Positions 21,214 to 31,602 of a stretch of DNA of 64,000 bases are shown here, piece after piece (the first letter of the stretch is position 1; every line of letters starts with the position of its first letter). A program made the translations under genes and the position numbers. The stretch comes from an uncultured Nitrospiraceae bacterium (GTDB lineage Bacteria; Nitrospirota; Nitrospiria; Nitrospirales; Nitrospiraceae), in NCBI GenBank assembly GCA_963846575.1, contig CAWJWJ010000002.1, forward strand, positions 2,208,001 through 2,272,000. Direction: 5' to 3'. The notes under the pieces are model-generated. The model ran no database searches and was not told the DNA's origin. It saw only the letters and a list, made by a program, of their open reading frames with translations.

Positions 21214-22689
21214 TCATCGAATCGCCGGTTTCTTCGCACGCCAGGTCGTCGCCTGTTCATAGGCATGTGCCCCACGCAACAAAGTCTCCTCCTCAAACGG
21301 CCGCCCGATCAGCTGCAGACCGATGGGTAACCCCGTCTGGCTGAATCCGCAGGGAAGCGCAATCGCCGGGAGCCCGGCCAGATTGGCAGAAATGGTGAAA
21401 ATGTCGGACAAATACATTTGTAACGGATCCTGAGCCTTCTCACCGAACTTAAATGCCGGAGTGGGGGTTACCGGCGTGACGATCAGATCCACCGTTTCAA
21501 ACGCGGCCTCAAACTCCTGACGGATCAACGTCCGCACCGCCTGCGCTTTGCCATAATACGCATCGTAATAACCGGCGCTGAGCACATAGGTGCCGAGCAT
21601 GATCCGGCGTTTGACCTCCGGTCCGAATCCTTCGGCCCGGGTCTTGAGGTACATATCAAGAAGATCCTGACCGCCTTCAGCCCTCAGGCCATATTTGACC
21701 CCGTCGTAGCGCGCAAGATTGGAACTGGCCTCGGCGGTGGCAATCACATAATACGTCGCCACGGCCGCATCGGTCGTCGGCAATTTGATCTCACGAATGT
21801 CCGCGCCAAGTTCCCGAAGGACTTCAATCGCCGTCCGGACCGCCTGTTCCACCTCCGGATCCAGCCCATCGATAAAGTATTCGGAGGGAACACCCACTTT
21901 CAGTCTTCGCAAATCTTTCTTTTTGAGTGCCCTCAGATAGTCCGGAACTGGCACATTGGCCGATGTCGAGTCGCGGGGATCATGGCCTGCGATCACTCCC
22001 AGGAGGATGGCGGCATCGGTCACGTCCTTGGTGATGGGACCGATTTGATCCAGCGACGACGCGAACGCTACCAGCCCATAGCGCGAAACTCGGCCGTAGG
22101 TCGGCTTGAGCCCTACGACGCCGCAGAATGCCGCCGGCTGACGAATGGACCCTCCGGTATCAGACCCCAGGGCCGCGACACATTCATCGGCTGCTACTGC
22201 CGCCGCCGATCCGCCACTCGATCCTCCGGGAACCCGCTGGAGGCTCCATGGATTGCGGCTGGCACCGAAAGCCGAGTTTTCGGTGGATGACCCCATCGCA
22301 AATTCGTCCAGGTTCGTTTTCCCCAGCAACAGGTAATTTTGAGCCCGCAGCTTGGCGACGACGGTCGCATCATAGGGTGGCACGAAGGTCTCGAGCATCC
22401 GGGAGGCGCAGGTCGTGCGCACGCCTTCCGCGCAGATGTTGTCTTTCAAGGCCAGTGGCATAGCCATCATGGGAACCGTCTTGCGCCACCCCTTCAAGGT
22501 ACGATCAAGATTCGCCGCCTGTTCGATGGCCGCTTCCTGACATTGCGTCAGGTAGGCCTTCACCTTGGGTTCGACCTGCGTGATGCGCAAACCGTACGCA
22601 CGGACGATCTCCGTAGCCGTCACATCGCCGGCCGTAAATTTCCGCTGCAGTTCTGCCAGCGTCAGCTTATGTAGTAAGGTCAAGGACAT
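21214..22689 (-). CDS. gatA: Asp/Glu-tRNA amidotransferase subunit A
   Basis: Amidase signature [19 protein letters not shown]. Confidence 0.99.
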   Translation of the reverse strand: MSLTLLHKLTLAELQRKFTAGDVTATEIVRAYGLRITQVEPKVKAYLTQCQEAAIEQAANLDRTLKGWRKTVPMMAMPLALKDNICAEGVRTTCASRMLETFVPPYDATVVAKLRAQNYLLLGKTNLDEFAMGSSTENSAFGASRNPWSLQRVPGGSSGGSAAAVAADECVAALGSDTGGSIRQPAAFCGVVGLKPTYGRVSRYGLVAFASSLDQIGPITKDVTDAAILLGVIAGHDPRDSTSANVPVPDYLRALKKKDLRRLKVGVPSEYFIDGLDPEVEQAVRTAIEVLRELGADIREIKLPTTDAAVATYYVIATAEASSNLARYDGVKYGLRAEGGQDLLDMYLKTRAEGFGPEVKRRIMLGTYVLSAGYYDAYYGKAQAVRTLIRQEFEAAFETVDLIVTPVTPTPAFKFGEKAQDPLQMYLSDIFTISANLAGLPAIALPCGFSQTGLPIGLQLIGRPFEEETLLRGAHAYEQATTWRAKKPAIR

Positions 22690-23054
22690 CAGCGTTTCGT
22701 CACCTTGCGGGCAATTCGGTTCTTCGAATCGACGAGGATGATCTTCGGCTTGTGCCGGGTGATCTCCTCGTCTCCATAGTACTCGTAACAGAAAATAATA
22801 ATCTGATCCCCGACCGCGGCTTTCCTGGCGGTCGGTCCGTTCAGCACGATTTCGCCGCGCCCCCGTTTGCCCTTCATCGCGTACGTCATAAATCGCTCAC
22901 CGTTGTTCAGATTGGAGCAGACGATCGCTTCATAGGGCAAAATGCCCGCCGCATCCAGCAGGTCTTCATCCACGGTCAGACTACCTTCATACTCGAGACA
23001 GGCCTCGGTCACTGTGGCACGATGGATCTTCGCTCGTAGCATTTGTCGGAACAT
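22689..23054 (-). CDS. panD: Aspartate 1-decarboxylase
   Basis: [15 protein letters not shown] self-cleavage site, NGERFMTY. Confidence 0.95.
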   Translation of the reverse strand: MFRQMLRAKIHRATVTEACLEYEGSLTVDEDLLDAAGILPYEAIVCSNLNNGERFMTYAMKGKRGRGEIVLNGPTARKAAVGDQIIIFCYEYYGDEEITRHKPKIILVDSKNRIARKVTKR

Positions 23055-23075
23055 GGGATTATCTTTTCTCCTTGC

Positions 23076-23369
23076 CTATGATTCCTGAATGATCTTCGGC
23101 ACTCGAAAACAACCGGCCTCTGCATCGGGAGCATTCCTCAAGGCCTGATCATTCGAGAGTGACGTTTGGGCCTGATCGGGACGAAACACGTTGGTCTGGC
23201 CTAATACCGTCGACGTCGGTTCCACGCCTTCGGTGGGGAACGTCTTGAGTTTCTGGACATAGGCCACAATCTGATTCAACTGTTGCGAGTAGGCGGCGGT
23301 TTCGGCTTCGGTCATCGCCAGCCTTGCCAGCTTCGCCACCTTCTCCACTTCCTGCCTGGTTATTTCCAT
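23076..23369 (-). CDS. gatC: Asp/Glu-tRNA amidotransferase subunit C
   Basis: VEKVAKLARL...NAP...FRVPKII. Confidence 0.96.
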   Translation of the reverse strand: MEITRQEVEKVAKLARLAMTEAETAAYSQQLNQIVAYVQKLKTFPTEGVEPTSTVLGQTNVFRPDQAQTSLSNDQALRNAPDAEAGCFRVPKIIQES

Positions 23370-23390
23370 CACACCCCTTCGTTTCTTCGA

Positions 23391-23510
23391 GAATGTTCAC
23401 AATAGTCTTCCGGCAAGGTCGCAGGCAGCCGGGCAACGAGGCATACCCGTTGTGATGCGTCGCAGGATGCTGAGCGGCCGAGAACGCAGTAGGGAGCCAT
23501 TCTCAACATC
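23391..23510. repeat. ~120-bp palindromic intergenic repeat (MITE/REP-like), copy 1
   Basis: Imperfect terminal inverted repeats; shares GAGGCATACCC and GCCGAG(A/C)ACGC with the copy at 38393-38510. Confidence 0.65.
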
Positions 23511-23513
23511 GGA

Positions 23514-25346
23514 CTATTCCACCGTCACGCTCTTCGCCAGATTACGCGGCTGATCGACATCTTCTCCCCGCAGCACCGCGATGTGGTAAGCCAATAGCTG
23601 CAACGGGATCGTAAAGAGAATCGGCGACAGCAACGGGTGCACGTCAGGAATCGTAAACACGGCGTCGGCGGTCTTGCCGAGTTCGCGTTCTCCTTCCGCG
23701 ACAAATGCAATGACCGGAGCCCGGCGCGCCTTCACCTCCATGAGATTGCTGACCGTTTTCTCGTACAACCGGTCCCGGGGCGCCAGTACGACCACCGGCA
23801 TGTCCTTATCGATCAGCGCGATCGGCCCATGTTTCATTTCTCCGGCGGCATATCCTTCCGCATGGATATAGGAAATCTCCTTGAGCTTGAGCGCTCCCTC
23901 CAAGGCGATCGGATAATTAATTCCGCGCGCCAGGTAGAGGAAGTCCGGTTTTTTGTAATAACGCTTGGCAATCGCCAGAATCTCCGCCTCCCGCCCGAGC
24001 ACATGCTTCACCAAAGCCGGCAGCGTGACTAACCGATCCAGCCAGGCCTTTCCGTCCGCCACGCTGAGGACACCGCGCACACGCCCCAAATGCAGGGCCA
24101 GCATGTACAATGCCGCGAGCTGGCTGGTGAAGGCTTTGGTCGAGGCCACGCCGATCTCCGGCCCGCAGTGCGTATATAAGACGCCATCGGACTCGCGCGC
24201 CAGGGTGCTGCCCACCACATTGACGATGGATACGACGCGCGCCCCCTTCTGCTTCGCTTCGCGCGCTGCGGCCAGGGTGTCGGCGGTTTCGCCCGATTGC
24301 GAGATGGTGATGAACAGATCGTTCTTCTGGACCAGCGGATCGCGATACCGAAACTCGCTGCCGATATCGACCTGTACCGGCGTACGGACCATTTCTTCCA
24401 GGAGATACTTTCCGACCAGCCCCGCATGCCAGCTCGTGCCGCACGCCACAATCCAGATCTGCCCGACGTCGGCGAACTGTTCGGGCGTCAGTCCGATATC
24501 CGGCAAATCGGCTTCGCCGCTCTCGTAGGAATAACGACCACGGATGGTATCCAGAATCGTCTGGGGCTGCTCGTGAATCTCCTTCAACATGAAGTGCGGA
24601 TACCCGCTCTTCTCTGCGGCCGACGCGTCCCACGTCACGGTCGTCTTTTTGCGTTTGACCGGCTTTCCGTCGAGATCGGTGAACGTACTCTCATCCGCCT
24701 TTACCTCGACAACGTCCCCTTCTTCCAAAAACGTCACGTCCCTTGTATAGGACAGCATGGCCATCACATCGGACCCCACGAAGGCCGCCTCCGCCGTGCG
24801 GCCGACCACCAGCGGACAGCCGGATCGGGCAGCGACCAGAAGACCGGGCTCGCGTTCAGCAATCACCGCCAGCGCATAACTGCCGCGGATCTCCTTGGCT
24901 GTTGCCCGCACCGCATCCGCCAGGCCAAGGCCATCCTTCTTCATGTATTTGTCGATCAGATGCGCCACCACTTCGGTATCGGTCTCAGACTGAAACCGGT
25001 AACCGTCTTTGACCAGCCGCTGCTTGAGCTCTACGTAGTTCTCGATGATCCCGTTATGCACCAGGACACAGCTCTCGGAGCGATGGGGGTGCGCGTTCTG
25101 TTCGGAGGGCTTGCCGTGCGTCGCCCACCGCGTATGGCCGATCCCGCACGTCCCGGCCAGATTCTTCTGCGCCAGCGACTTTTGGAGGTTGACCAGTTTC
25201 CCCACGCTCCGGCGGATTTCGATCTTTTCCCCTTGCTGGATCGCTACGCCGGATGAGTCATACCCCCGGTATTCCAGCTTCGACAGCCCGTTCAACAAAA
25301 TCGGAACCGCGTCTTGATTTCCCACGTAGCCAACGATGCCACACAT
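23514..25346 (-). CDS. glmS: Glutamine--fructose-6-phosphate transaminase
   Basis: MCGIVG, HTRWATHG, PRNLAKSVTVE. Confidence 0.99.
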   Translation of the reverse strand: MCGIVGYVGNQDAVPILLNGLSKLEYRGYDSSGVAIQQGEKIEIRRSVGKLVNLQKSLAQKNLAGTCGIGHTRWATHGKPSEQNAHPHRSESCVLVHNGIIENYVELKQRLVKDGYRFQSETDTEVVAHLIDKYMKKDGLGLADAVRATAKEIRGSYALAVIAEREPGLLVAARSGCPLVVGRTAEAAFVGSDVMAMLSYTRDVTFLEEGDVVEVKADESTFTDLDGKPVKRKKTTVTWDASAAEKSGYPHFMLKEIHEQPQTILDTIRGRYSYESGEADLPDIGLTPEQFADVGQIWIVACGTSWHAGLVGKYLLEEMVRTPVQVDIGSEFRYRDPLVQKNDLFITISQSGETADTLAAAREAKQKGARVVSIVNVVGSTLARESDGVLYTHCGPEIGVASTKAFTSQLAALYMLALHLGRVRGVLSVADGKAWLDRLVTLPALVKHVLGREAEILAIAKRYYKKPDFLYLARGINYPIALEGALKLKEISYIHAEGYAAGEMKHGPIALIDKDMPVVVLAPRDRLYEKTVSNLMEVKARRAPVIAFVAEGERELGKTADAVFTIPDVHPLLSPILFTIPLQLLAYHIAVLRGEDVDQPRNLAKSVTVE

Positions 25347-25355
25347 AGGTCCTCG

Positions 25356-26939
25356 TTACCTCCGCTTCGAGCGTTGAACCGCCGCTTGCTTCTTCTGTAC
25401 GGACTTCGTCGAGCCCTTCACGGCTTTCGAGCCTTTTGCAGCTTGCTCTCCCGGGGTCGGAGCCGCCGCCTCCCCGCTCTGTAACGCCCTCCGTCTCGCC
25501 GCCCAACCCTGGCGGGTCACCTGCGGTACCCGCGAGAGCACCAGGGCATCGGCCGGCACATCCTCGGTCACGGTGGTGCCGGCCGCGATTATGGCGCCCG
25601 ATCCGATGGTGACCGGCGCGATCAATTGTGCGTCGCTTCCAATGAACACCCGGTCCCCGATCACCGTCTGGAATTTTTTCCACCCATCATAGTTGCAAGT
25701 GATCGTCCCGGCTCCGATATTGACACCCGTTCCGATCTGCGCGTCGCCGAGATACGTGAGGTGATTGGCCTTCGATCCCTCGCCGAGATCTGTCTTCTTC
25801 ATCTCGACGAAATTGCCGACCTTCGCTTTGCGTCGGACGATCGAACCCGGCCGCAAATGCGCAAACGGCCCGAGATGCGCGTCCTCCTCAACCTGAGACT
25901 CGCGCAAGATGCAGTGATCCAGAATCTCCACCCTGGGCCCGATGGTGCAGTCGGTAATTCGCGACCCGGAGTGAACGACTGCCTCGTCTCCGATCACCGT
26001 CCGGCCCTCGAGCGTCACGTTGGGATAGAGAACCGTGTCACGACCAATCGTCACGTCGGCATCGATCCAGGTGGAGGCGGGATCCCGCATCGTCACGCCG
26101 GCCTCCAGCCAGCGCTCGCGTATCCGTTGCCGGATCACCCGTTCAGCCTCCGCCAGCTGAACACGACTGTTGATGCCCAGTCCTTCGTCCAGCGTGCGCA
26201 GGCGCATGGCCGACACGGTACGCCCCTGCTGCACGGCCATCTGCACGATGTCGGTCAGGTAATACTCACCTTGCGCATTGCGTGGATCGAGCTTGTCCAG
26301 CGCCGGAAACAGAAAATCTCCGTCCACCACATAGGTCCCCACATTGATTTCTCGCACGCGTCGGTCGTCCTCGGAGGCATCCTTGTCTTCAATAATGGTT
26401 TGCACGGCGTTATCCGCATCCCCGTGCAGCCATTCATCGCGTCGACGACGGAGAACGCGGCCATAACCCGACGCATCGTCAAGCACGGCGGTCAGCAGGG
26501 TGACCGCGGCGCGCTGCCTCTCGTGCATCGCGAGGAGTTCACGCACCGTCGCTTCCGTGAGCAGGGGCGTGTCGCCATTCAGGATCAAATAACGTGACGG
26601 CTTTCGATGCGTCTCCCCGACGAACAGAGAACGGGCTTGCAACACGGCATGGCCGGTTCCCAATTGCCGGGTCTGCTCAGCCACGGCCACTTGGCCACCC
26701 GCCCCTTCGACAATCTTTCGGACATCCGTGCCTTGATGCCCCACCACGACCGCGACGCCCTGGTCCGCCAAACGGCAGGCGATGTCGACGACGTACAGCA
26801 CCATCGGGCGGCCCGCTACCGGATGAAGCACCTTAGCCAGGGCCGACTTCATGCGCTTGCCGAGCCCTGCCGCCATGATGATGACACCAAGCCCGGGCAA
26901 GAAAGACAGGCCGTCGTTGGATTTCCGCGAGTGAGTCAT
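25356..26939 (-). CDS. glmU: Bifunctional UDP-GlcNAc pyrophosphorylase / GlcN-1-P acetyltransferase
   Basis: MAAGLGKRMKS, QLGTGHA, NAQGEYYLTD, hexapeptide repeats, TCNYDG. Confidence 0.98.
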   Translation of the reverse strand: MTHSRKSNDGLSFLPGLGVIIMAAGLGKRMKSALAKVLHPVAGRPMVLYVVDIACRLADQGVAVVVGHQGTDVRKIVEGAGGQVAVAEQTRQLGTGHAVLQARSLFVGETHRKPSRYLILNGDTPLLTEATVRELLAMHERQRAAVTLLTAVLDDASGYGRVLRRRRDEWLHGDADNAVQTIIEDKDASEDDRRVREINVGTYVVDGDFLFPALDKLDPRNAQGEYYLTDIVQMAVQQGRTVSAMRLRTLDEGLGINSRVQLAEAERVIRQRIRERWLEAGVTMRDPASTWIDADVTIGRDTVLYPNVTLEGRTVIGDEAVVHSGSRITDCTIGPRVEILDHCILRESQVEEDAHLGPFAHLRPGSIVRRKAKVGNFVEMKKTDLGEGSKANHLTYLGDAQIGTGVNIGAGTITCNYDGWKKFQTVIGDRVFIGSDAQLIAPVTIGSGAIIAAGTTVTEDVPADALVLSRVPQVTRQGWAARRRALQSGEAAAPTPGEQAAKGSKAVKGSTKSVQKKQAAVQRSKRR

Positions 26940-26997
26940 AGAGACCTTCGATTGAACATAAACAGACCGGTACTCCCGCCGTCGGTCGGCGCCGCGA

Positions 26998-27672
26998 TCA
27001 CGTGACCTGCATGCCTGCGCCAGGCTGTTTGATCGTCGACCATTTTTTCCCGCTTGCCTGCGCGGCGGACCCTGCCACGGAGGTTGACGTATACAGGCCC
27101 CCGGACACGATCAACTTCATGGCTTCTTCAACCGTGATATCTACGGCGATCACTTCCCCCTCGGGTACCAGCAGAAAATATCCGGAGGTGGGGTTGGGCG
27201 AAGTCGGCACATACACATGGACCAATGGATCCGGCGAGAGCTGCTGCATGTCTCCTTTTGTCACGCCGGTCACAAAGGCGAAACAATAATGACCGTTCTT
27301 GGGAAATTGGATCAAGACCACGCGGCGGTAGCTCTCTCGTTCGGCAAACGACAGGATATCCATCATCGACTTGATGGTGGAATAAATCCCGCGCACGACC
27401 GGGACTCGATTGAGAAGGTTTTCCCACTGGCGAACGACCTGTCGTCCGATGAAGTTCGCCCCAAGAAGCCCGGTGACAAAAATGAGCAGTACCAGCGCCA
27501 CGATCCCCAAGCCCGGCACATAATAGCCGGGGGTTACCAGGCGGGCGGTCGCATTTCCAAGAATTCCGTCCAGGCTGACAAAGAGCGTCTTCAAAATGAG
27601 GACGGTCCCCCAGAAGGGAATCATGACCAGCAAACCGGTCAGAAAATAACGTTTTAACGAGGCTTTCAACAT
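26998..27672 (-). CDS. DUF502 membrane protein
   Basis: YFLTGLLV...RVPVVRGIY...YVPTSPNPTSG...AMKLIVSGG. Confidence 0.92.
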   Translation of the reverse strand: MLKASLKRYFLTGLLVMIPFWGTVLILKTLFVSLDGILGNATARLVTPGYYVPGLGIVALVLLIFVTGLLGANFIGRQVVRQWENLLNRVPVVRGIYSTIKSMMDILSFAERESYRRVVLIQFPKNGHYCFAFVTGVTKGDMQQLSPDPLVHVYVPTSPNPTSGYFLLVPEGEVIAVDITVEEAMKLIVSGGLYTSTSVAGSAAQASGKKWSTIKQPGAGMQVT

Positions 27673-27803
27673 GTATGGCTGAGGGGTCCCAGGTAGAGCG
27701 TCATGATACTGGGCTTCTACCAGTCCTCGCAAGCCTTTTCTTGCTATTTTCAATCACTTGGACTAGGATCCGGCCCTTCCTACTCGAGGGTTTTCGACCT
27801 GTA

Positions 27804-28532
27804 ATGATGACTCAGCAAAGGCGACCCGCGCGAGGCCTGTTGGTGACGTTCGAGGGCATCGAAGGGTGCGGTAAATCGACCCAGGCCAGGCTGCTCGGCG
27901 ACTATCTCCGGAGCGAAGGGTACGTCATCCTGGAAACCAGAGAACCCGGCGGCACCCCGCTGGCCGAAAAAGTCCGATCGGTCCTTCTGGATCGCGCGCA
28001 CGAACCTGTCGCGCCCGAGACTGAAGCCTTCCTGATCTTCGCCGCCCGACGCCAACATGTCATGCAGGTGATCGAGCCTGCCCTCGCGAAAGGTGCGATC
28101 GTGCTCTGCGACCGGTTCAGCGACTCCACCCTGGCCTATCAAGGATATGCGCGGGGATTACGTCTCTCAACGCTTCGCACGCTCAACCGGCTCGCGACCC
28201 GGGCGATCGAACCGGATCTCACGTTGGTCTTCGATCTCCCGGTGACCACCGGCCTGGCGCGACGACGATCCGCCGCAGTACAAAATCGACTCGATCGTGA
28301 ATCCCTCCAATTCCATCGGAAGGTTCGCGCCGGATTTCTCGACCTGGCCCAGCAAAATCCGGGACGCATGAAGATCATTCCCGCAGGCGGAACCCCGGAG
28401 AAGGTCGCTCGCGCGGTCGCACGGAGCATCACGCCGATGCTCAGCCGGTATCGTCCCGACACCCTACAGCCCCGGTCGGCACCGCGACCGCCTTCCCCCC
28501 CGTCACCACGGACGCGACATGCCCTTCGCTGA
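27804..28532 (+). CDS. tmk: Thymidylate kinase
   Basis: FEGIEGCGKSTQ, TREPGG, LCDRFSDST. Confidence 0.97.
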   Translation: MMTQQRRPARGLLVTFEGIEGCGKSTQARLLGDYLRSEGYVILETREPGGTPLAEKVRSVLLDRAHEPVAPETEAFLIFAARRQHVMQVIEPALAKGAIVLCDRFSDSTLAYQGYARGLRLSTLRTLNRLATRAIEPDLTLVFDLPVTTGLARRRSAAVQNRLDRESLQFHRKVRAGFLDLAQQNPGRMKIIPAGGTPEKVARAVARSITPMLSRYRPDTLQPRSAPRPPSPPSPRTRHALR

Positions 28533-29550
28533 CATCATCGGACATGACGGTGCCAAGGCGCTGCTTCGGTCGGCGATTATGCAGGACCGGGTCGCGCACG
28601 CGTATCTCTTTCACGGCGAGGACCGGATCGGGAAACGCCTGCTCGCTCTGCGCCTGGCGCAGGCACTGCTGTGCGAAACCTTGCCGGTCGACCAAGTGCC
28701 CGAGGCCTGTGGCACCTGCCGGGCCTGCCGTCAGGTGGACGCGAGAACCCATCCGGATTTTATGGTGATCGAGCCGGATCGCGAACAGGCCAATCCGCAG
28801 ATCAAGATCGAATTGATTCGCGACATCGAGCATCAGATGATCTATCGGCCGCTGATCGGTGATCGCAAAATCTGCCTGATCGACGACGCGGACCGCATGA
28901 CGATCGGTGCCGCCAACGCATTACTCAAAACGTTGGAGGAACCACCGGACCACAGTCTGTTCATTCTGGTCTCGAGCCGGCCCTATGCTCTTCCCGCCAC
29001 GATCCGCTCTCGATGCCAGGCATTACGACTCACGGCCCCCGCGCAGACGCAGGTTGAGGCCGCCGTCATTTTGAGACGCGAACTGCCGCCAGCCGACGCG
29101 CATTTTCTGGCGGTCCTGAGTGACGGACAGTTGGGACGGGCGCTGGAGTGCGATCTGGCTCAGGCACGGAACAGTCAAAAGGAATTTTCCGCCATCTTTT
29201 CGGCCCAGGGACTGCAATCCTTCAGCACCATTCTCGCCTCGGCCGAAGCCCTGGCCAAGGGAGAACGCGGCCTGGAGGCGTTCGACTGGCTGCTCCGGTG
29301 GTTGCGTGATGTCCTCCTTCTCGCTGTGGGCGCCGGTTCGGATCACGTGCTCAACCTGGAACAGCGTCACGCCATGCAAACCCTGGCCGAACGCATCGAC
29401 ATCGACGAGCTGCTGAACCTGATTGGCGATCTCGAAAAGGTGGAACGACAGGCCCATCGCAACCTGAATCTTCAAATGGCGCTCGAGACCATTTTGTTAC
29501 GGGTCCGTCATTTGCTTACGCCTCAGCAGAACGCCGACGCGGGGCGATAG
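28519..29550 (+). CDS. holB: DNA polymerase III subunit delta'
   Basis: HAYLF, CGTCRAC, HPD, AANALLKTLEEP, TIRSRC. Confidence 0.96.
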   Translation: MPFADIIGHDGAKALLRSAIMQDRVAHAYLFHGEDRIGKRLLALRLAQALLCETLPVDQVPEACGTCRACRQVDARTHPDFMVIEPDREQANPQIKIELIRDIEHQMIYRPLIGDRKICLIDDADRMTIGAANALLKTLEEPPDHSLFILVSSRPYALPATIRSRCQALRLTAPAQTQVEAAVILRRELPPADAHFLAVLSDGQLGRALECDLAQARNSQKEFSAIFSAQGLQSFSTILASAEALAKGERGLEAFDWLLRWLRDVLLLAVGAGSDHVLNLEQRHAMQTLAERIDIDELLNLIGDLEKVERQAHRNLNLQMALETILLRVRHLLTPQQNADAGR

Positions 29551-29595
29551 CCTAGCTTTCACCGTCGGCATCTTGTTATCTTCATCCCACGACTC

Positions 29596-31602
29596 ATGAG
29601 CGACTCCGGCACCTTCTACATCACGACGCCCATTTACTACGTCAACGACGTGCCGCACATCGGCCATGCCTACACGACCGTGGCCGCCGACGTGCTCGCG
29701 CGCTACTGGCGATTGCGCGGGCGCGAGGTGTTCTTTCTGACCGGCCTGGACGAACATGGGCAGAAGGTGCAGCAGGCCGCGGCAAAGGCCGGCATCGACC
29801 CGCAGGCCCATTGCGACCGGCTCGCCCCGCAGTTCACGAACCTCTGGGAACGGTTGAACATTGCGAACGATGCGTTCATCCGAACCACCGATCCCCGCCA
29901 CAAAGAGATGGTTCAACGATACCTTCAGAAACTGTTCGATAACAAATTGATTTACAAGGCAGACTACACGGGATGGTACTGCACGTTCGACGAACGGTTC
30001 TGGACGGAGAAAGACGTGCTGGACGGCATCTGTCCTGATTGCAAAAGACCAATCGAACGGCTCAGCGAACACAACTATTTCTTCAAGATGGGTCAGTACC
30101 AGAACCTGCTGATCGAACACATCCGTAGCCACCCGCAATTCATCCGACCCGATTCGCGCCGTAACGAAGTGCTGGGATTCCTGCAGACACAAAAACTCGG
30201 CGACCTCTCGATCTCCCGTCCCAAATCCCGTCTGTCCTGGGGTATCGAATTGCCGTTCGATAAAGAGTATGTGACCTACGTGTGGTTCGATGCCCTGGTG
30301 AATTACGTCTCCGCCCTCGAATACACACCCGGGCTGAAGCGGTTCTGGCCCGCTGATGTTCATCTCGTCGGCAAGGATATCCTCACGACCCACGCCGTGT
30401 ACTGGTCCACGATGCTGATGGCACTGGAGCTGACACTTCCGGACACGATCTTCGCCCACGGTTGGTGGACGGTCGATGGCGAGAAAATGTCCAAGAGCCG
30501 CGGCAATGTCGTCGATCCCAACGCCATGATCGATCAGTTCGGCGTGGATGCCTTCCGCTACTTCCTCCTGCGCGAGGTGCCGTTCGGGCAGGATGGAGAC
30601 TTTTCCCAGGCCGCCCTGGTCGGTCGCATCAATAGTGACCTCGCAAATGGCCTGGGCAACCTGTTAAGTCGCACCGTGACGATGATTGAGCGATATTGCG
30701 GAGGCAAGATTCCCCCTTCCCATTCCGGGTTTGAGGAACACGAAAACACCCTGGAGAACGCAGTCCGGGAGTCGGCGGAGCAGATTGAAGAATTGCTATC
30801 CAGCTTCCAATTTAATCGCGTTTTGGAATGCATTTGGAATGTCATTCAGGCTGCTGACCAATACATTGAATCTCAGCAACCCTGGAAACTTGCCAAGGAA
30901 CAAGACCGGAGAATTAGACTTGAACAAGTGCTGTACAGGCTTGCGGAAACATTACGACACGTCGCCCATCATCTCGCACCGTTCATGCCGAATACTGCGA
31001 AGGAGATAATCTGCCAACTCGGGCTTGTTGATAGGGATAGGAAAAGAGACGAAGTGCTGTCATGGGGAGAGCTCCCGTCAGGCACATCAGTAAACAAAGG
31101 CGCCTCCCTCTTCCCTCGTATCGAATCTAAATCACAAGGAGCCAAACACGTGAGCGACCCATCCGCATCCACGCCACCGCTTCCCACGGCGCCGACCACG
31201 GCACCCACTGCGCCGTCCTCTGCCACCCCCGCGCCGCAGACCTCCGCTCCTGCTGCTGCCCCTCTACCTCCTGCGCCTCCACAAATCACCATCGATGAAT
31301 TTATGAAGGTTCAACTCAAGACAGCGAAGGTATTGACGGCGGAGCGGGTGCCGAAATCGGAGAAGCTCCTGAAGCTTCAAGTCAGCCTGGGCAGTGAACA
31401 GCGACAGATTGTCGCCGGCATCGGCAAAAAGTATGACCCGGAAGCGTTGATTGGAAAGACCATCGTCATCGTGGCAAATCTGAAACCAGCCAAACTGATG
31501 GGCATCGAATCGCAAGGCATGGTCCTCGCGGCAGGCGACAGCGAAGTGCGCGGCCTCATGACCCTGCTGGAAGACGTGGAGCCCGGCACCAAGGTGAAAT
31601 GA
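29596..31602 (+). CDS. metG: Methionine--tRNA ligase with C-terminal tRNA-binding domain
   Basis: HIGH, KMSKS, YVWFDAL, Pro/Ala/Thr linker, EMAP/Trbp-like domain. Confidence 0.99.
   Translation: MSDSGTFYITTPIYYVNDVPHIGHAYTTVAADVLARYWRLRGREVFFLTGLDEHGQKVQQAAAKAGIDPQAHCDRLAPQFTNLWERLNIANDAFIRTTDPRHKEMVQRYLQKLFDNKLIYKADYTGWYCTFDERFWTEKDVLDGICPDCKRPIERLSEHNYFFKMGQYQNLLIEHIRSHPQFIRPDSRRNEVLGFLQTQKLGDLSISRPKSRLSWGIELPFDKEYVTYVWFDALVNYVSALEYTPGLKRFWPADVHLVGKDILTTHAVYWSTMLMALELTLPDTIFAHGWWTVDGEKMSKSRGNVVDPNAMIDQFGVDAFRYFLLREVPFGQDGDFSQAALVGRINSDLANGLGNLLSRTVTMIERYCGGKIPPSHSGFEEHENTLENAVRESAEQIEELLSSFQFNRVLECIWNVIQAADQYIESQQPWKLAKEQDRRIRLEQVLYRLAETLRHVAHHLAPFMPNTAKEIICQLGLVDRDRKRDEVLSWGELPSGTSVNKGASLFPRIESKSQGAKHVSDPSASTPPLPTAPTTAPTAPSSATPAPQTSAPAAAPLPPAPPQITIDEFMKVQLKTAKVLTAERVPKSEKLLKLQVSLGSEQRQIVAGIGKKYDPEALIGKTIVIVANLKPAKLMGIESQGMVLAAGDSEVRGLMTLLEDVEPGTKVK

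Noticed and set aside
25347..25355. glmS ribozyme
   Set aside because: Only 9 nt separate glmU and glmS.
31150..31285. Low-complexity C-rich stretch in metG as a repeat element
   Set aside because: Encodes the Pro/Ala/Thr linker before the C-terminal tRNA-binding domain.
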